A stretch of DNA of 63,499 nt, filler included, from Octopus bimaculoides (GCF_001194135.2; 9 parts of 8 records of this genome joined end to end with filler, not necessarily neighbours in it); one strand, 5' to 3'. Counted from the whole stretch's first letter, positions 40,067 through 51,579 are shown. Translations and numbers: made by a program. The notes: generated from the sequence alone by a model not told the origin.

Positions 40067-41879
40067 TGATAAGCACTGAGCTACCTGATCAAAGTTCATT
40101 TCAAATCCACTTCGGTTGTTCCACTGTATTACTTGCTGTAACATTTTGCTCTACGCTGCTTCATTGGTGCCACTACTGCTTATTCACGGCAGAATAAGCA
40201 GTAGATCGTCTAGGAACATTAGCCGAGTTCGTCCAGTATCCTATGTTGATGGAAGAAGACAGATGGTCTTTCTCTAATTTCCTTATCAATGAATTTATTA
40301 TGACGGATGAGACACATTTTGGAACCACATTAACCGTTACACGTTTGACCAATCAAACCATTCTGGCCGATTCTTTTTCTTAATTGTTGGTGATGGCAAT
40401 GAACCCAATTATTTTCCTTCGGTATCATAAGTTCCCTTTCAAAGTGAGCATCATCTTCTGATGGCCAGACCTCTGCAATCTCCCACTCCCAATTGGACAG
40501 AAGATACATAAAGCATGCTTTCGTCGTTATCTTAAGATGGCTGCCTTGAATTATTCTAGACATCTAGATGATGTGTCCTGTCCTGACGAATGAAACTCTT
40601 GTCCCAAGTCGAATGCCTCAGTATTTACTCTCCTTAAAACAAAGTGTCAGTGGGATGTACCCCACTACCACCATGTTAACCCAGAAATTTATTCTGGTGA
40701 GTGGATGTAAAATAATTCAAGGATCTTTGCATATCATTGAAACAGATTATATGTCTTACAATCATATAAGTTGATATTTAGAACAGTTAGTGTACTTCTA
40801 GTTTTGTCGCAGTCAAAGATACTGATTATAAAATACTATTTTTGGAGCCCAAATACAGGGAAATCTCTGATGTGGCTTTGAATATGTCGCGAACCGGAAA
40901 TGACGATTCTAGATATGAAATGATGTTTTAAAGTTGAACATCATTGAGAGAAAACTGAGCGGAAACGTGGTTTCTCTCAGGTTCCTGCAGGACTTCAATT
41001 ATCTTCCGGTTTCTTCAATTTAAACCCGGCACTTAGATAGGCGTTCGACATTGATGCTATAATATTCTGAGAATATTTTCTGATGTAATTGGGACTGGTG
41101 GGAAGCAATAACGAAATGGCTGTAGATGACATTATATTGTGTAGGTGACGTTATAAGGTGTAGGGACGTTATAAGTGTAGGTGACGTTATAAGGTGTAGG
41201 GGCGTTATAATGTGTAGGTGATGTTTAATTGTGTAGGTGACGTTATATTGTGTGGGTAAGGATTGGGTGATATGACATATTAATGACAATGTATTGTACA
41301 AGTGATACATTTTGTGTGTAACATTGTCACATATTGGCCACTTGATACGGTGTGGATGATTGGGAATTATATTCATAATATTTTATTACATGTCTAATGT
41401 TGTAATGTACATAGCGGTTCTACTTCTATTGTTGACGTCACAGTGCGCGAGATAAGTTGTGTGTACGGCATGCAGAATAAGACATGTAGAGGATTTGCTC
41501 CCACTAGAAAAGTTCAAAAGGGTAGATTATTAAATTTGGATGTAGTTGAAGGTGTCAATAATAACCTGTAACAGTAACACAGGAAGTATCCCTATACATC
41601 AGTAGCTGTCATTACTCATTACTGGTTACTATCTGTTATAAACTCGTCGTTTGTGGGATTGAAGGAAGAGGCGAAGGTGAACGTTAGCCATGGTTCTCTC
41701 TCTCACTCTCTCTCACTCTCTCTCTCTCCATGTTTCTTCCATAATTAATGCTATTATTATTTGGTTGCAGAGAGACAATATCACCACAATACACGATCAC
41801 TTCAAGCTCTCGTCATCATCATTATCATCATCATCATCATAATCATCGTCATCAACATCATCATCAATAATAATAATAA

Positions 41880-42088
41880 TAATCCTTTCTACTATAGGCA
41901 CAAGGCCTTGGAATTTGAGGGTAGGGGAATAATCGCTCACATCGACCCCAGTACTTGACTGGTACTTAATTTATCGACCCCGAAAAGATGAAAGGCAAAG
42001 TCGACCTCGGCAGAATTTGAACTCGGAACGTAGCGATGGGCGAAATACCATTGTCCAACGTTCTAACGATTCTGCCGGCTCGCCACCT
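41880..42088 (-). mobile_element. SINE family B with (TTA)n/(TGA)n tail
   Basis: Reverse complement reads ggtggcgagccggcagaatcgttag...gttcaaattctgccgaggtcgactttgcctttcatc; matches 48040-48268. Confidence 0.87.
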
Positions 42089-42663
42089 TAATTCAAAACG
42101 TAGCGACGGAGGGAATAGTACGAAGCATTTCTGGATGCAAATGAAAACCACATTGCGAGATAGTCATGCATCAGAAACATGTGTCGGACAGATTTAAATT
42201 AAATACACTATATAACTCACTGGAACAATAAACAAAATGTATAATTCTCATTATTCTTTGAATTGTCTTGGATACAAATATGTATGTGTGTGTGTGCGTG
42301 TGTGTGTGTATACGAGTTGTAATCCATGCTGTATCTTCGTGAAACGCATCTATATTTTCATGTGAATCCAATATATATAAATACATGATTTATTTTAAAT
42401 GAGATATGCCTAACAATTGAAGTTTTTGGTGAATTCTATTTGCATATCAAAACCGAAAACTGGAAAAATTAACCTTAACTCTTCAGACAGAGATTCAAAA
42501 CTAATATTATTTTCTAGTATTACTTTTTAATCTTTACCTGAAGAAGTACAGTTAGCAGATTTAATCCTTTTTTTCTACATGTACCTCCCATTCTGTAATG
42601 AAACATGTCTAACATAGAATTAAAAATATATCACCTTTTTCCAGTTTTCTGTGTTGATATATA

Positions 42664-42885
42664 TGAGGGAATGCTTAAAAGCTCCTGGCTTTGGAAAAAA
42701 GAAAATACAGGAGGATCAGTTAATTATTATTTTATTCAACATATTCCTCTCTTAGATTCACACATTTATCGCAGCAGCCCTTCAGGTTTTTTTTTTTAAT
42801 CCCTGTTAAAGAACTCGGAAGGTTGGGTCCCCAACCAGGCTTTTCGCAACACTCTTAAAGTCAGGAACCTTTCAGCACCCCCTCA
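42664..42885. mobile_element. Tc1/mariner-type MITE with TA target-site duplication
   Basis: TIR tgagggaatgcttaaaagctcctggcttt / aaagtcaggaacctttcagcaccccctca; TA at 42662-42663 and 42886-42887. Confidence 0.85.
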
Positions 42886-42959
42886 TATAAATATATTGTG
42901 TATGTGTGTGGGGGCTGCGTGTGCCAGTTACCCTGTTTACATTTCATGTAAGTGACCAA

Positions 42960-43810
42960 GATTACAACAATCTCTTGAAGGGGACGCCGGTACAAGGGCG
43001 GTAGCAAAAGATATTAGTGATGTGAAAGGGCCAGGAACTGTGAACAAGCGTTTGGCACAAAACTGGTTCACACGTTTCAAGGAAGGTGACACAAGCCTGG
43101 GAAACAAACCAAGGACAAGGAGACCTTTTGTTGTGGAAAATGTAGCCTTGCCTCAAATTATTGAACAACAGACTAGCATAAGTACTTGTACATTGTCATC
43201 AGAAATTGGTCCTCCATAAAATGTCATCAATCAACACCTCCATATGCTCGACCTTGTGAACATATACTGTCTAGACGTTCCTCATGAACTGACCAATGAC
43301 AAAACTCAACGATATGTGAACATTTGCAAACAGCTACTGGGAAATACCCACTGAGGTACCAGTTTTTAGCACCGAATTGTAATCGGAGATGAAACAATGG
43401 ATTTATTTTTTTATAACAGAAATCAGTTCCGAATCTGTTGTCAAACAAGAGTGGTTTGAACAGGTCATGTCGTATGTTTCGTGGAATTTCAATGGGTTAT
43501 TGGACTTTGAGCATGTATGAAGTCTACATGCTTTGAAAGTCTACTACACGGCATTAGTCAACCGATGACGCGTACTCCTACAGCATGACAATATCCCAGC
43601 ACACATTGTGACCAAAGTGACGAAGAGCAAATTTGAGGAACATGAGGGGCTGGACGTTCTGCCTCATAGTCTAGACCTGTACCATCAGATGACCACCTTT
43701 TCCAAGCCATGACTCTTTTCCTGCTCGGACAGAGGTTCAACAATATAGATGAGGTAGACAATGTGTTTAGGGAGTGTTTTGCCTCTAAACCAACCGAATG
43801 ATTTAAGCAT
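42960..43810 (+). mobile_element. Decayed mariner transposase
   Basis: GPGTVNKRLAQNWFTRFKEGDTSL..KPRTRRP (HTH), RIVIGDET (first catalytic D), HDNIPAH, degenerate PHSLDL..SDDHLF, GQRFNNIDEV..FASKP. Confidence 0.82.
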
Positions 43811-44692
43811 GGATTTGAGTTATGCATGCATGCATGTATGTATTATGTGTATTGTATTATTGTATGTATGTATTGTATGATACACACACACGCACACACA
43901 CACACATACATATATACATGTATATATAATGTACTATGCATATTGATCGTTCTTAAATTTTAAATGAATTTCGATGAACTAATTTCAAAATCTCAAATTA
44001 CGTCGTACTGAAGAGTTCAGAATTAGAATGAAACAGTTCTATTCACGGTTACCAGAGTCTCTAATAAAAGAATTATATAGAAATATATGTATGCTCTTTT
44101 CAGTCTTTGGTAATGATTTCTTAATATAAGGAACGTTAACTTAGAAGCGATTCTCTCCCCTTAAGTAGTACGCTCTATCCTTTGAATAGCAATTCCCAGT
44201 AATTGCACCAAGTGTGTGTGTGTAATATAACATAGTATAATATTATGTAACATAATAAAATAGATTCCGAAAGCTGTCCGTTTCAGTTAAAATAACTTTT
44301 CAAGGAGTGGCCTAAAAAACTTGTTTAAAATAAGTTCTTTTAACACGAACAGAGAATAGGATTGAGGCTGCAATAAATTCTGTATATGAAATTATATACT
44401 TACATATATATATATATAAGGATTTACTTTTCATAATAAGATTTAAAAAAACCAAGGCTGTGTATAATATAGAATATTTATAAATGTTCTATATTATACA
44501 CAGCGTTGGTTCTTTTTTTATATCATTACGAAAAGTAAATCTTTATATTCACATGCTGATATATGACCTACGTTCGCCCCCTTATTCGCAAAATCTCCGA
44601 GCTTAACTATGGTCTATTCATAGCACTTACTCAGCATTACCTGAAACCTCTGGGTCTAATGGACACCACTATCGCTCATAACCTATATATAC

Positions 44693-44768
<76 letters not shown>

Positions 44769-44924
44769 GGATAGATCATATATAATTCCTGTGAAAAATG
44801 ACCCATTTTCAATGGCCGGATAACTAAAGAGATGTTGGCGTGGGCTCCCACCCCGGCATCCGAAACTCGGAGTTTTATCATGGCTACCGAATAAGTGTCA
44901 CATATTTTTTACAGATAAATTCCT

Positions 44925-45096
44925 AGGAGTGGCTGTGTGGTAAGTAGTTTACTTACCAACCACATGGTTCTGGGTTCAGTCCCACTGCGTGGCACCTTGG
45001 GCAAGTGTCTTCTACTATAGCCTCGGGCCGACCAAAGCCTTGTGAGTGGATTGGTAGACGGAAACTGAAAGAAGCCCGTCGTATATATGTATATAT
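44925..45096 (+). mobile_element. SINE family A, head and core (young), ending at a (TA)n gap
   Basis: aggagtggctgtgtggtaag...gggttcagtcccactgcgtggcaccttgggcaagtgtcttctactatagcctcgggccgacc. Confidence 0.92.
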
Positions 45097-45196
45097 NNNN
45101 NNNNNNNNNNNNNNNNNNNNNNNNNNNNNNNNNNNNNNNNTTAATTAATTAANNNNNNNNNNNNNNNNNNNNNNNNNNNNNNNNNNNNNNNNNNNN

Positions 45197-45490
45197 GCGG
45201 GAGAGTGAGGTGGCACCGATACAGTCGTCGATATACCGACCGTATAGTTCGGGAGTAGGACCAGTGAAACTGGAGAATATTTGGGCCTCAACATAACCAA
45301 CAAAGAGGTTCGCGTAGTTGGGGCCCATTCTCGTCCCCATGGCCACTCCCGAGGGGTGCTGGTAGATATCTCCCGCGAACGAGAAGCAGTTGAGAGATAG
45401 GACAAGTTCGGCCAGATGAATGAGTGTGGAGGTGTCGGGTTGTGGGTTGGGGCGTTGGTCTAGAAAAAACTTCAGGGCACGCAGCCCCAT
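45197..45490 (-). mobile_element. Penelope-like reverse transcriptase fragment, open frame
   Basis: GLRALKFFLDQRP..TLIHLAELVLSLNCFSF..YQHPSGVAMGTRMGPNYANLFVG..YGRYIDDCIG contains the PLE RT GxxMG and RYIDD motifs. Confidence 0.88.
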
Positions 45491-45761
45491 ATATATATAT
45501 ATAGCAATTAGAAAATGGAGGAGAATATGTGGTACCAATCGACTTGCAGACAGTGTATTCCGTTGAGTTAATTAACTTATTTTGTTACTAAAATGACAAA
45601 AACGACAACATACAAATGCTTATGACATACCATGTTATATTAACAATCGATGTTACAAATAATCAGTTGGGTACCCTCCCAGCAGTATATTGGATAGATA
45701 CTATCCCTTAGTGGGTTGAATCCTCAACCCCTAACTCTCTTACATTATATATATATATATA

Positions 45762-46339
45762 CAAGGTCTGATAAAAACAAAAATCAGGACAGGTGTTATA
45801 AAAAGAAAAGCACAACACATATAAACTCAACGTTTAATCTCTTTTGAAGTAGTCCCCTTTGAAGCCATTCACTTTATCCAGCATCATTTCCATTGATGGA
45901 ACCATTCCTGGAACTCCCTTTTGGAGAAAGCAAACAGCTGCCTCATCATGGTCCTTTCAAATGGGGTTTGATTTTTGGAAAGAGGAGAATGTAGCAAGAA
46001 GCAAGATCTGGTGGGTATGATGCTTGTTGGACCTGGAGAATGCTGTGCTTGGCCAAAATCTGCTGCACAAGTTGTGTTGAATGGGCAGGTACATTGTTTT
46101 GGTGGAGTAACCACTCACTGGATGCACACAATTCTATCCACATCCATACTCTGCACACTTTACTTCCATGCACTGTCATAAACATTGGAAGTGAGTGGAA
46201 ATGTTATAACTTAGTGTCTGTGTATGTGACAGAGTTCAAGGTCAATCTGTACCAAGTAGCTTCACTCTGTGTACTTTAGTCTGTTACCATAGCAACAGTT
46301 ACCATAGCAAGAGTCCTGATACTTTTTGATCAGATCTCA
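45762..46339 (-). mobile_element. Internally deleted mariner element with TIRs and TA flanks
   Basis: TIRs caaggtctgataaaaa..aatcaggac / gtcctgatactttttgatcagatctca; WLLHQNNVPAHS..ASYPPDLASCYILLFPKIKPHLKG is a degenerate HHDNAPAH..PYSPDLAPCDFFLFPK. Confidence 0.82.
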
Positions 46340-46351
46340 TATATATGTTTG

Positions 46352-46460
46352 TATGACAGGCTGCCACACAGTTTCTATCTACCAAGTTCAGCCACAAGGT
46401 ATTAGCCATCCCAGGGCTATAGTAGAAAGCACTTGCCTATGTGCCATGCATGTGGTTGGG
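46352..46460 (-). mobile_element. SINE family A core with CpG decay
   Basis: atgacaggctgccacacagtttctatctaccaag...gccatgcatg versus acgacgggcttctttcagtttccgtctaccaaa...gccacgcag in other copies. Confidence 0.75.
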
Positions 46461-47303
46461 ATTATGAATAGTTCTTAGTGTGGAGCCTGAGGTATAGAAA
46501 AGCACTATGGGTGATGAGAAGAGGTGAGAGTTGCGCTTTGGGTAGGCTTCGGCTGGAAGTGGTATGTTAGATGGCTTTGAGAAACAGAGACTGTTGCAGT
46601 ATCACTCGAAAATTGAGTGGTAAGACAATATATCTAGACTTAGAGGCTGTTCACATTGTTTAGCAAGCCTATGGCAAAAACTATTCCAACCTTAACAAAC
46701 CTCACATTTTTTTTCATTTTATTTTTATATGTAACACTACATTACCTAAAGTGTCCTTCCATTTTGTAAAAATCTAGTTTGAGGGTTTGAATAAATGTAG
46801 TTTTGGACTACTATGTCTAGCACTTTCAGCAGCTACACAAATGCTACCTAATATGACTTGTAAATTAGGGATGTTAGTACCAGTTTTAAGCCAATTAGAC
46901 AGATTTGCTCAAATTGGGCCCCATGCCAAGAATGAGCCCTATGCACAGGCTCAAGCAGAGGACACTGATGAATTTTTAATACATCATTGTGGCTAATGGA
47001 GTCTCAAGCCCTCAATGCTTTTTGGCTAGGACTGGCATACTACACAAAGCATAAAACACCAATCTTCAGCTTTTGTAGAGTAGAAGGCCCCACTGATAAT
47101 TCTCTAATTGGGTCCCACACTCCCTAGCATTGGCCCTGAATGTTGTAATGTTGTAACCTTGAAAATTGTGATTGTTGGGTTAATTTTCTTAAGTTTGGTT
47201 TACATCGTGTATAATATATCTAAAGAATTAAAAAAAAATTTTCATGCTATTTCTTTGCAATTTGCATTTCCTATTTATCGTTTTTTCACTTCCTTCCCAA
47301 CAG

Positions 47304-47414
47304 GGTGAGGAATTCCGAGGAGAATCTCAGCAAACTATTGATGAACTGGAACGTCTAGAACAGCTGTGTGACCTTCAAACACAGGAAATTTTCAATCTGA
47401 AAAAAGAACTGATA
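47304..47414 (+). CDS. Candidate internal exon of an unidentified coiled-coil protein (truncated by a gap)
   Basis: Long polypyrimidine tract ending ttcccaacag at 47303. Only one frame stays open to the gap: GEEFRGESQQTIDELERLEQLCDLQTQEIFNLKKELI, with heptad-like L/I spacing and no repeat character. Confidence 0.55.
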
Positions 47415-47699
47415 NNNNNNNNNNNNNNNNNNNNNNNNNNNNNNNNNNNNNNNNNNNNTTAATTAATTAANNNNNNNNNNNNNNNNNNNNNNNNNNNNNN
47501 NNNNNNNNNNNNNNATGATAGACGAATGATAATTTGCGAAATGAGAATATGAAAAGTGTGTTACTCACCCCACACTGATTTAGTCTTTCGTTTACCGTTT
47601 TCCCCATCACTGAGTAACAACACTCTCACCTCTATGTGCACGTAACGTTTTTCATCGGGGGACGGGTCTTGCAAATTTTGTTGTGTTATGTAAGAAATC

Positions 47700-47985
47700 T
47701 AGAGTAGAAAAATGCATGTGAAACTCATGGAAGACGTAAGGGAGTTAATGCTAAGATGAATGATGGTTGGATGTAGCAGGTTAGGAAAATACCACCAAAA
47801 ACATGGCAGTGTGAGCAAGAAAACCTGTGGTGAATCATTAGATGCAGACACTTCACAGATTGAGTCGTTTAGAAGACTTATCAATGAAATTATTAGATCT
47901 GAGAATCTAGTTTTGTCATAGCCCTACAATGCCAATGAAACTGGTGTGTTATAGCGTGTGGTTCCTGAAAATATTTTGGTCTACT
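47700..47985 (+). mobile_element. pogo/Tigger (CENP-B-like) transposase relic
   Basis: DGW.., SKKTCGESLDADTSQIESF..LINEIIRSENL..YNANETGVL*RVVP is a degenerate GW..F / GES.SAD / YNADETGL.WR..P. Confidence 0.75.
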
Positions 47986-48039
47986 AACATGATGAACACC
48001 TCACTCTTAAGTTACAAGTAAAATAAAGTGAGAACTAAA

Positions 48040-48268
48040 AGCGGCGAGCTGGCGGAAACGTTACCTCGCCGGGCGAAATACTTAGCAGTTCATATGTCGT
48101 TACGTTCTGAGTTCAAATTCCGCCGAGGTCGACTTTGCCTTTCATCATTTCGAGGTCGATAAATTAAGTACCAGTTACGCACTGGGGTCGATGTAATCGA
48201 CTTAATCCTTTTGTCTGTCCTTGTTTGTCCCCTCTATGTTTAGCCCCTTGTGGGCAATAAAGAAATAA
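48040..48268 (+). mobile_element. SINE family B, full length
   Basis: gcggcgagctggcggaaacgtta (A-box-like), gttcaaattcc (B box), gaggtcgactttgcctttcatc..., tail gccccttgtgggcaataaagaaataaga. Confidence 0.9.
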
Positions 48269-48574
48269 GAGAACTTCTGCTTTATAAGAAGCAAATGCAC
48301 TCTTAAATATAATATAAATCAATGAACTCAAAAAATGGGTGGTTAATCTTAGAAATGTTTTCGGGCGGTTCTTCGACTATTTTTGTCTATGAGGAGAGGC
48401 GTTTCCAGAACTATGTTCTGAAATTTTATTCTCATATTTTAACGACGCTGCTGCTTTCTTATTCTTCCAAATGCCGAGAAGTTACGAGAAATGGTAGAAT
48501 TAAATGGCATTTTTTTTCTTTTCTCCTCCTAACATACCTTCACTTATTCATTTAATGAACCAGGGAACTCTGCT

Positions 48575-49035
48575 ACTGAGACCCTTGAAATAATTCGTCT
48601 TGCTTTAGGCGAAGATTCTTTAAGTCGAACACATATCTTTGAGTGGCAGGCATCTTAAGACATGTGGATTAAGAAGATGAGCGTTCAGGATGTCCAGTTA
48701 ATTGCAAACCGTAAGAAAATGTATCGAAAATCCGTGAACTCATCTCTGAGGACAATCGCCAAATAATTCGTCAGCCTTGTCAGCTTTTTCTCTCACATAA
48801 CGGGGATCGGCTTTGGCGTCTGGCAGACGATAAAAAATTTTTTTTTATGGAAAACTTGCAGGACGACACAGTTTTTGATAATGAACAAAGGTGGTCGTTC
48901 CACACCTTCCGTACTCGCCTGACCTATCTCTCTGTGACTACCCAAAACGAAATTTCAGCTTAAATGGCGCCGCTTCCAGACGACATATAAAATTCAAGCG
49001 GAACCACAGGCAGTATTGAACAGTGTTCAAGGAGA
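48575..49035 (+). mobile_element. Internally deleted mariner relic
   Basis: TLEIIRLALGEDSLSRTHIFEW..EDERSG.P..KIRELISEDNR, then PHLPYSPDLSLCDY and LKWRRFQT..IQAEPQAVLN. Confidence 0.75.
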
Positions 49036-49074
49036 GGACTTCCATTTTTAAGGAGTGAATGACNNNNNNNNNNA

Positions 49075-49395
49075 ATTGGTTTCAGCCTTATCGGCCCAGG
49101 GCATGACTGGTACTAATTCTATCGGTGTCTTTGGCTGGACTTCTAAGTTACAGGAACGTGAAACCCATCAACAACGGTTGTCATGCGGTGGCGGGAGACA
49201 AACACACACACACACACACACTGAGCTATACATGTATATACGATGGGCTTCTTTTAGTTTCCGTCTCCCAAATTCACTCACAAGGCTTTGGTTGGCCCGA
49301 GTCGAAAACACTTGCCCAAGGTGCTACGTGGTAGGAATTGAACTCAGAACCATGTGGTTGGTAGCAAGCTTCTTACCACACTGCTACGTCACGCC
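49075..49395 (-). mobile_element. SINE family A, diverged copy
   Basis: tatcggtgtctttggc..aagttac.gg.acgt..(CA)n..cgatgggcttcttttagtttccgtct..accacactgc. Confidence 0.8.
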
Positions 49396-49424
49396 TACGC
49401 TTATGATAGTTTTTCTTAGCAATA

Positions 49425-49620
49425 TTAACAAGGTAGAATCGTTAGCAACGCCAAGGAAAATGCTTAGCGGCATTCCGTCCATCTTTACGTTCTGACTTCA
49501 AATTCCGCTGCGGTCGACTTTGCTTTCATCCTTTCGGGATCGATAACATAAGTACCAGTTGGTCCCTAGAGTCGATGTAATCGACTTAGCCCCTTACTGG
49601 CTAAGTTTGAAACCAGTCTT
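49425..49620 (+). mobile_element. SINE family B copy
   Basis: gtagaatcgttagc..cttagcggcattccgtcc..ttcaaattccgctgcggtcgactttgc. Confidence 0.8.
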
Positions 49621-49648
49621 AACAATGAAAATTGCCCTTATTCCCCTG

Positions 49649-49870
49649 ACTCTTTTACTCTTTTACTTGTTTCAGTCATTTGACTGTGGCCATGCTGGAG
49701 CACCGCCTTTAGTCGAGCAAATCGACTCCAGGACTTATTCTTTGGAAGCCTAATACTTATTCTATCGGTCTCTTTTTGCCGAACCGCTAAGTTACGGGGA
49801 CGTAAACACACCAGCATCAGTTGTCAAGCGATGTTGGGGGACAAACACAGACACACAAACACATACATAC

Positions 49871-49920
<50 letters not shown>

Positions 49921-50080
49921 GTACGACGGGCCTCTTTCAGTTTCCGTCTACCAAATCCATTCACAAGGCTTTGGTCGGCCCGAGGCTATAGTAGAAGACA
50001 CTTGCCCAAGGTGCCACGCAGTGGGACTGAACCGGGAACCATGTGGTTGGTAAGCAAGCTACTTACCACACAGCCACTCC
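49649..50080 (-). mobile_element. SINE family A, full length: tRNA head, core, internal (TA)/(CA) microsatellite, 3' domain, (AAAAGAGT)n tail
   Basis: Complete collinear copy; B-box-like ggttcagtcc; core ccttgggcaagtgtctt. Confidence 0.93.
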
Positions 50081-50462
50081 TTACTACGACTAAGTATCAA
50101 AGCAACACAAATTTTGGGTTAACTGACGACATATGCTACCGGCCATCTTACTGTCACATGTCAAAACTTGTCATTGCTTTTTTGATCAGAAATAATTCTT
50201 TAGTCCTCCACCTCATCCCATCCTGACAATACAGTAAGATAGGTAGTTGTGGATGATTTTTTTTTACTTTCTTCTTAGTCATGGCTGTGCACATAGCGAA
50301 GAATTTCTTTCCTCTCTGCAAAGATGTGTCACACTGACAACTTCTATTATAAAGAAGGAAAAGAAAGAGAAAATGGAACGTGTCAATACTTTTGAAATTT
50401 CAAGCCTACAAGAGAAAAGGATGTCACGTGAATGGTGCGTCTCGGTCTGTCTGCCTGTCTGC

Positions 50463-50509
<47 letters not shown>

Positions 50510-50559
50510 ATATGTATGTATGTATGTATGTATAATATAGATGTACTTACACACACATA

Positions 50560-50746
50560 TATGGGCGTATGCGTGGTTTCCCAACCACTTGTTTCCGGGT
50601 TTAGTCCCACTGCGTGACACCATGGGCAAGGTGTCTTCTACTATAGCCTCGGGCCGACCAAAACCTTCTCAATGGAATTGGAAGATGGAAACTGAAAGAA
50701 GCCCGTCGTGTATATATGTACCTTGCAAATTTACTTTGTTTGTTTT

Positions 50747-50838
<92 letters not shown>

Positions 50839-51155
50839 NNNNNNNNNNNNNNNNNNNNNNNNNNNNNNNNNNNNNNNNNNNNNNNNNNNNNNNNNNNNNN
50901 NNNNNNNNNNNNNNNNNNNNNNNNNNNNNNNNNNNNNNNNNNNNNNNNNNNNNNNNNNNNNNNNNNNNNNNNNNNNNNNNNNNNNNNNNNNNNNNNNNNN
51001 NNNNNNNNNNNNNNNNNNNNNNNNNNNNNNNNNNNNNNNNNNNNNNNNNNNNNNNNNNNNNNNNNNNNNNNNNNNNNNNNNNNNNNNNNNNNNNNNNNNN
51101 NNNNNNNNNNNNNNNNNNNNNNNNNNNNNNNNNNNNNNNNNNNNNNNNNNNNNNN

Positions 51156-51194
<39 letters not shown>

Positions 51195-51420
51195 TGTGTT
51201 CGAGGGTGTCTTTGTCTTTGTTTCTGACCACCGCTTGAGAACCGGTATTGGTGAATTTACGGTTAAAAAAAAACGAAAACAAAAAAAGCAGACCGATAAT
51301 ATAAGTACCAACTTAAAAATAATAAGAACCGGTGTCGATTCATTTAACTAAGAATTCTTCATGGCGGTGCTCCAGTATGGCCGCAGTCTAATGACTGAAT
51401 CAAGTAAATGATAAAAGATA
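50560..51420 (+). mobile_element. SINE family A split by an expanded (GT)n(GA)n internal microsatellite and a gap
   Basis: Head and core at 50560-50720, 3' domain at 51190-51420 (ggcggtgctccagtatggccgcagtctaatgactgaa), same orientation. Confidence 0.75.
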
Positions 51421-51429
51421 CATATGTAC

Positions 51430-51466
<37 letters not shown>

Positions 51467-51538
51467 GCTCTATGTATGTATGTATGTATGTATGTATGTA
51501 TGTATGCATGTATCTGTCTGTCTATCTGTATGTATGTA

Positions 51539-51579
<41 letters not shown>

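Noticed and set aside
40330-40563. Possible Tc1-like relic (VWPSEDDAHF resembling FSDEAHF)
   Set aside because: A single weak motif, with no TIRs or second motif found
40580-40606. Hammerhead-like CTGACGA-at-GAAA-ctcttGTC
   Set aside because: No room for helix II and helix I does not pair
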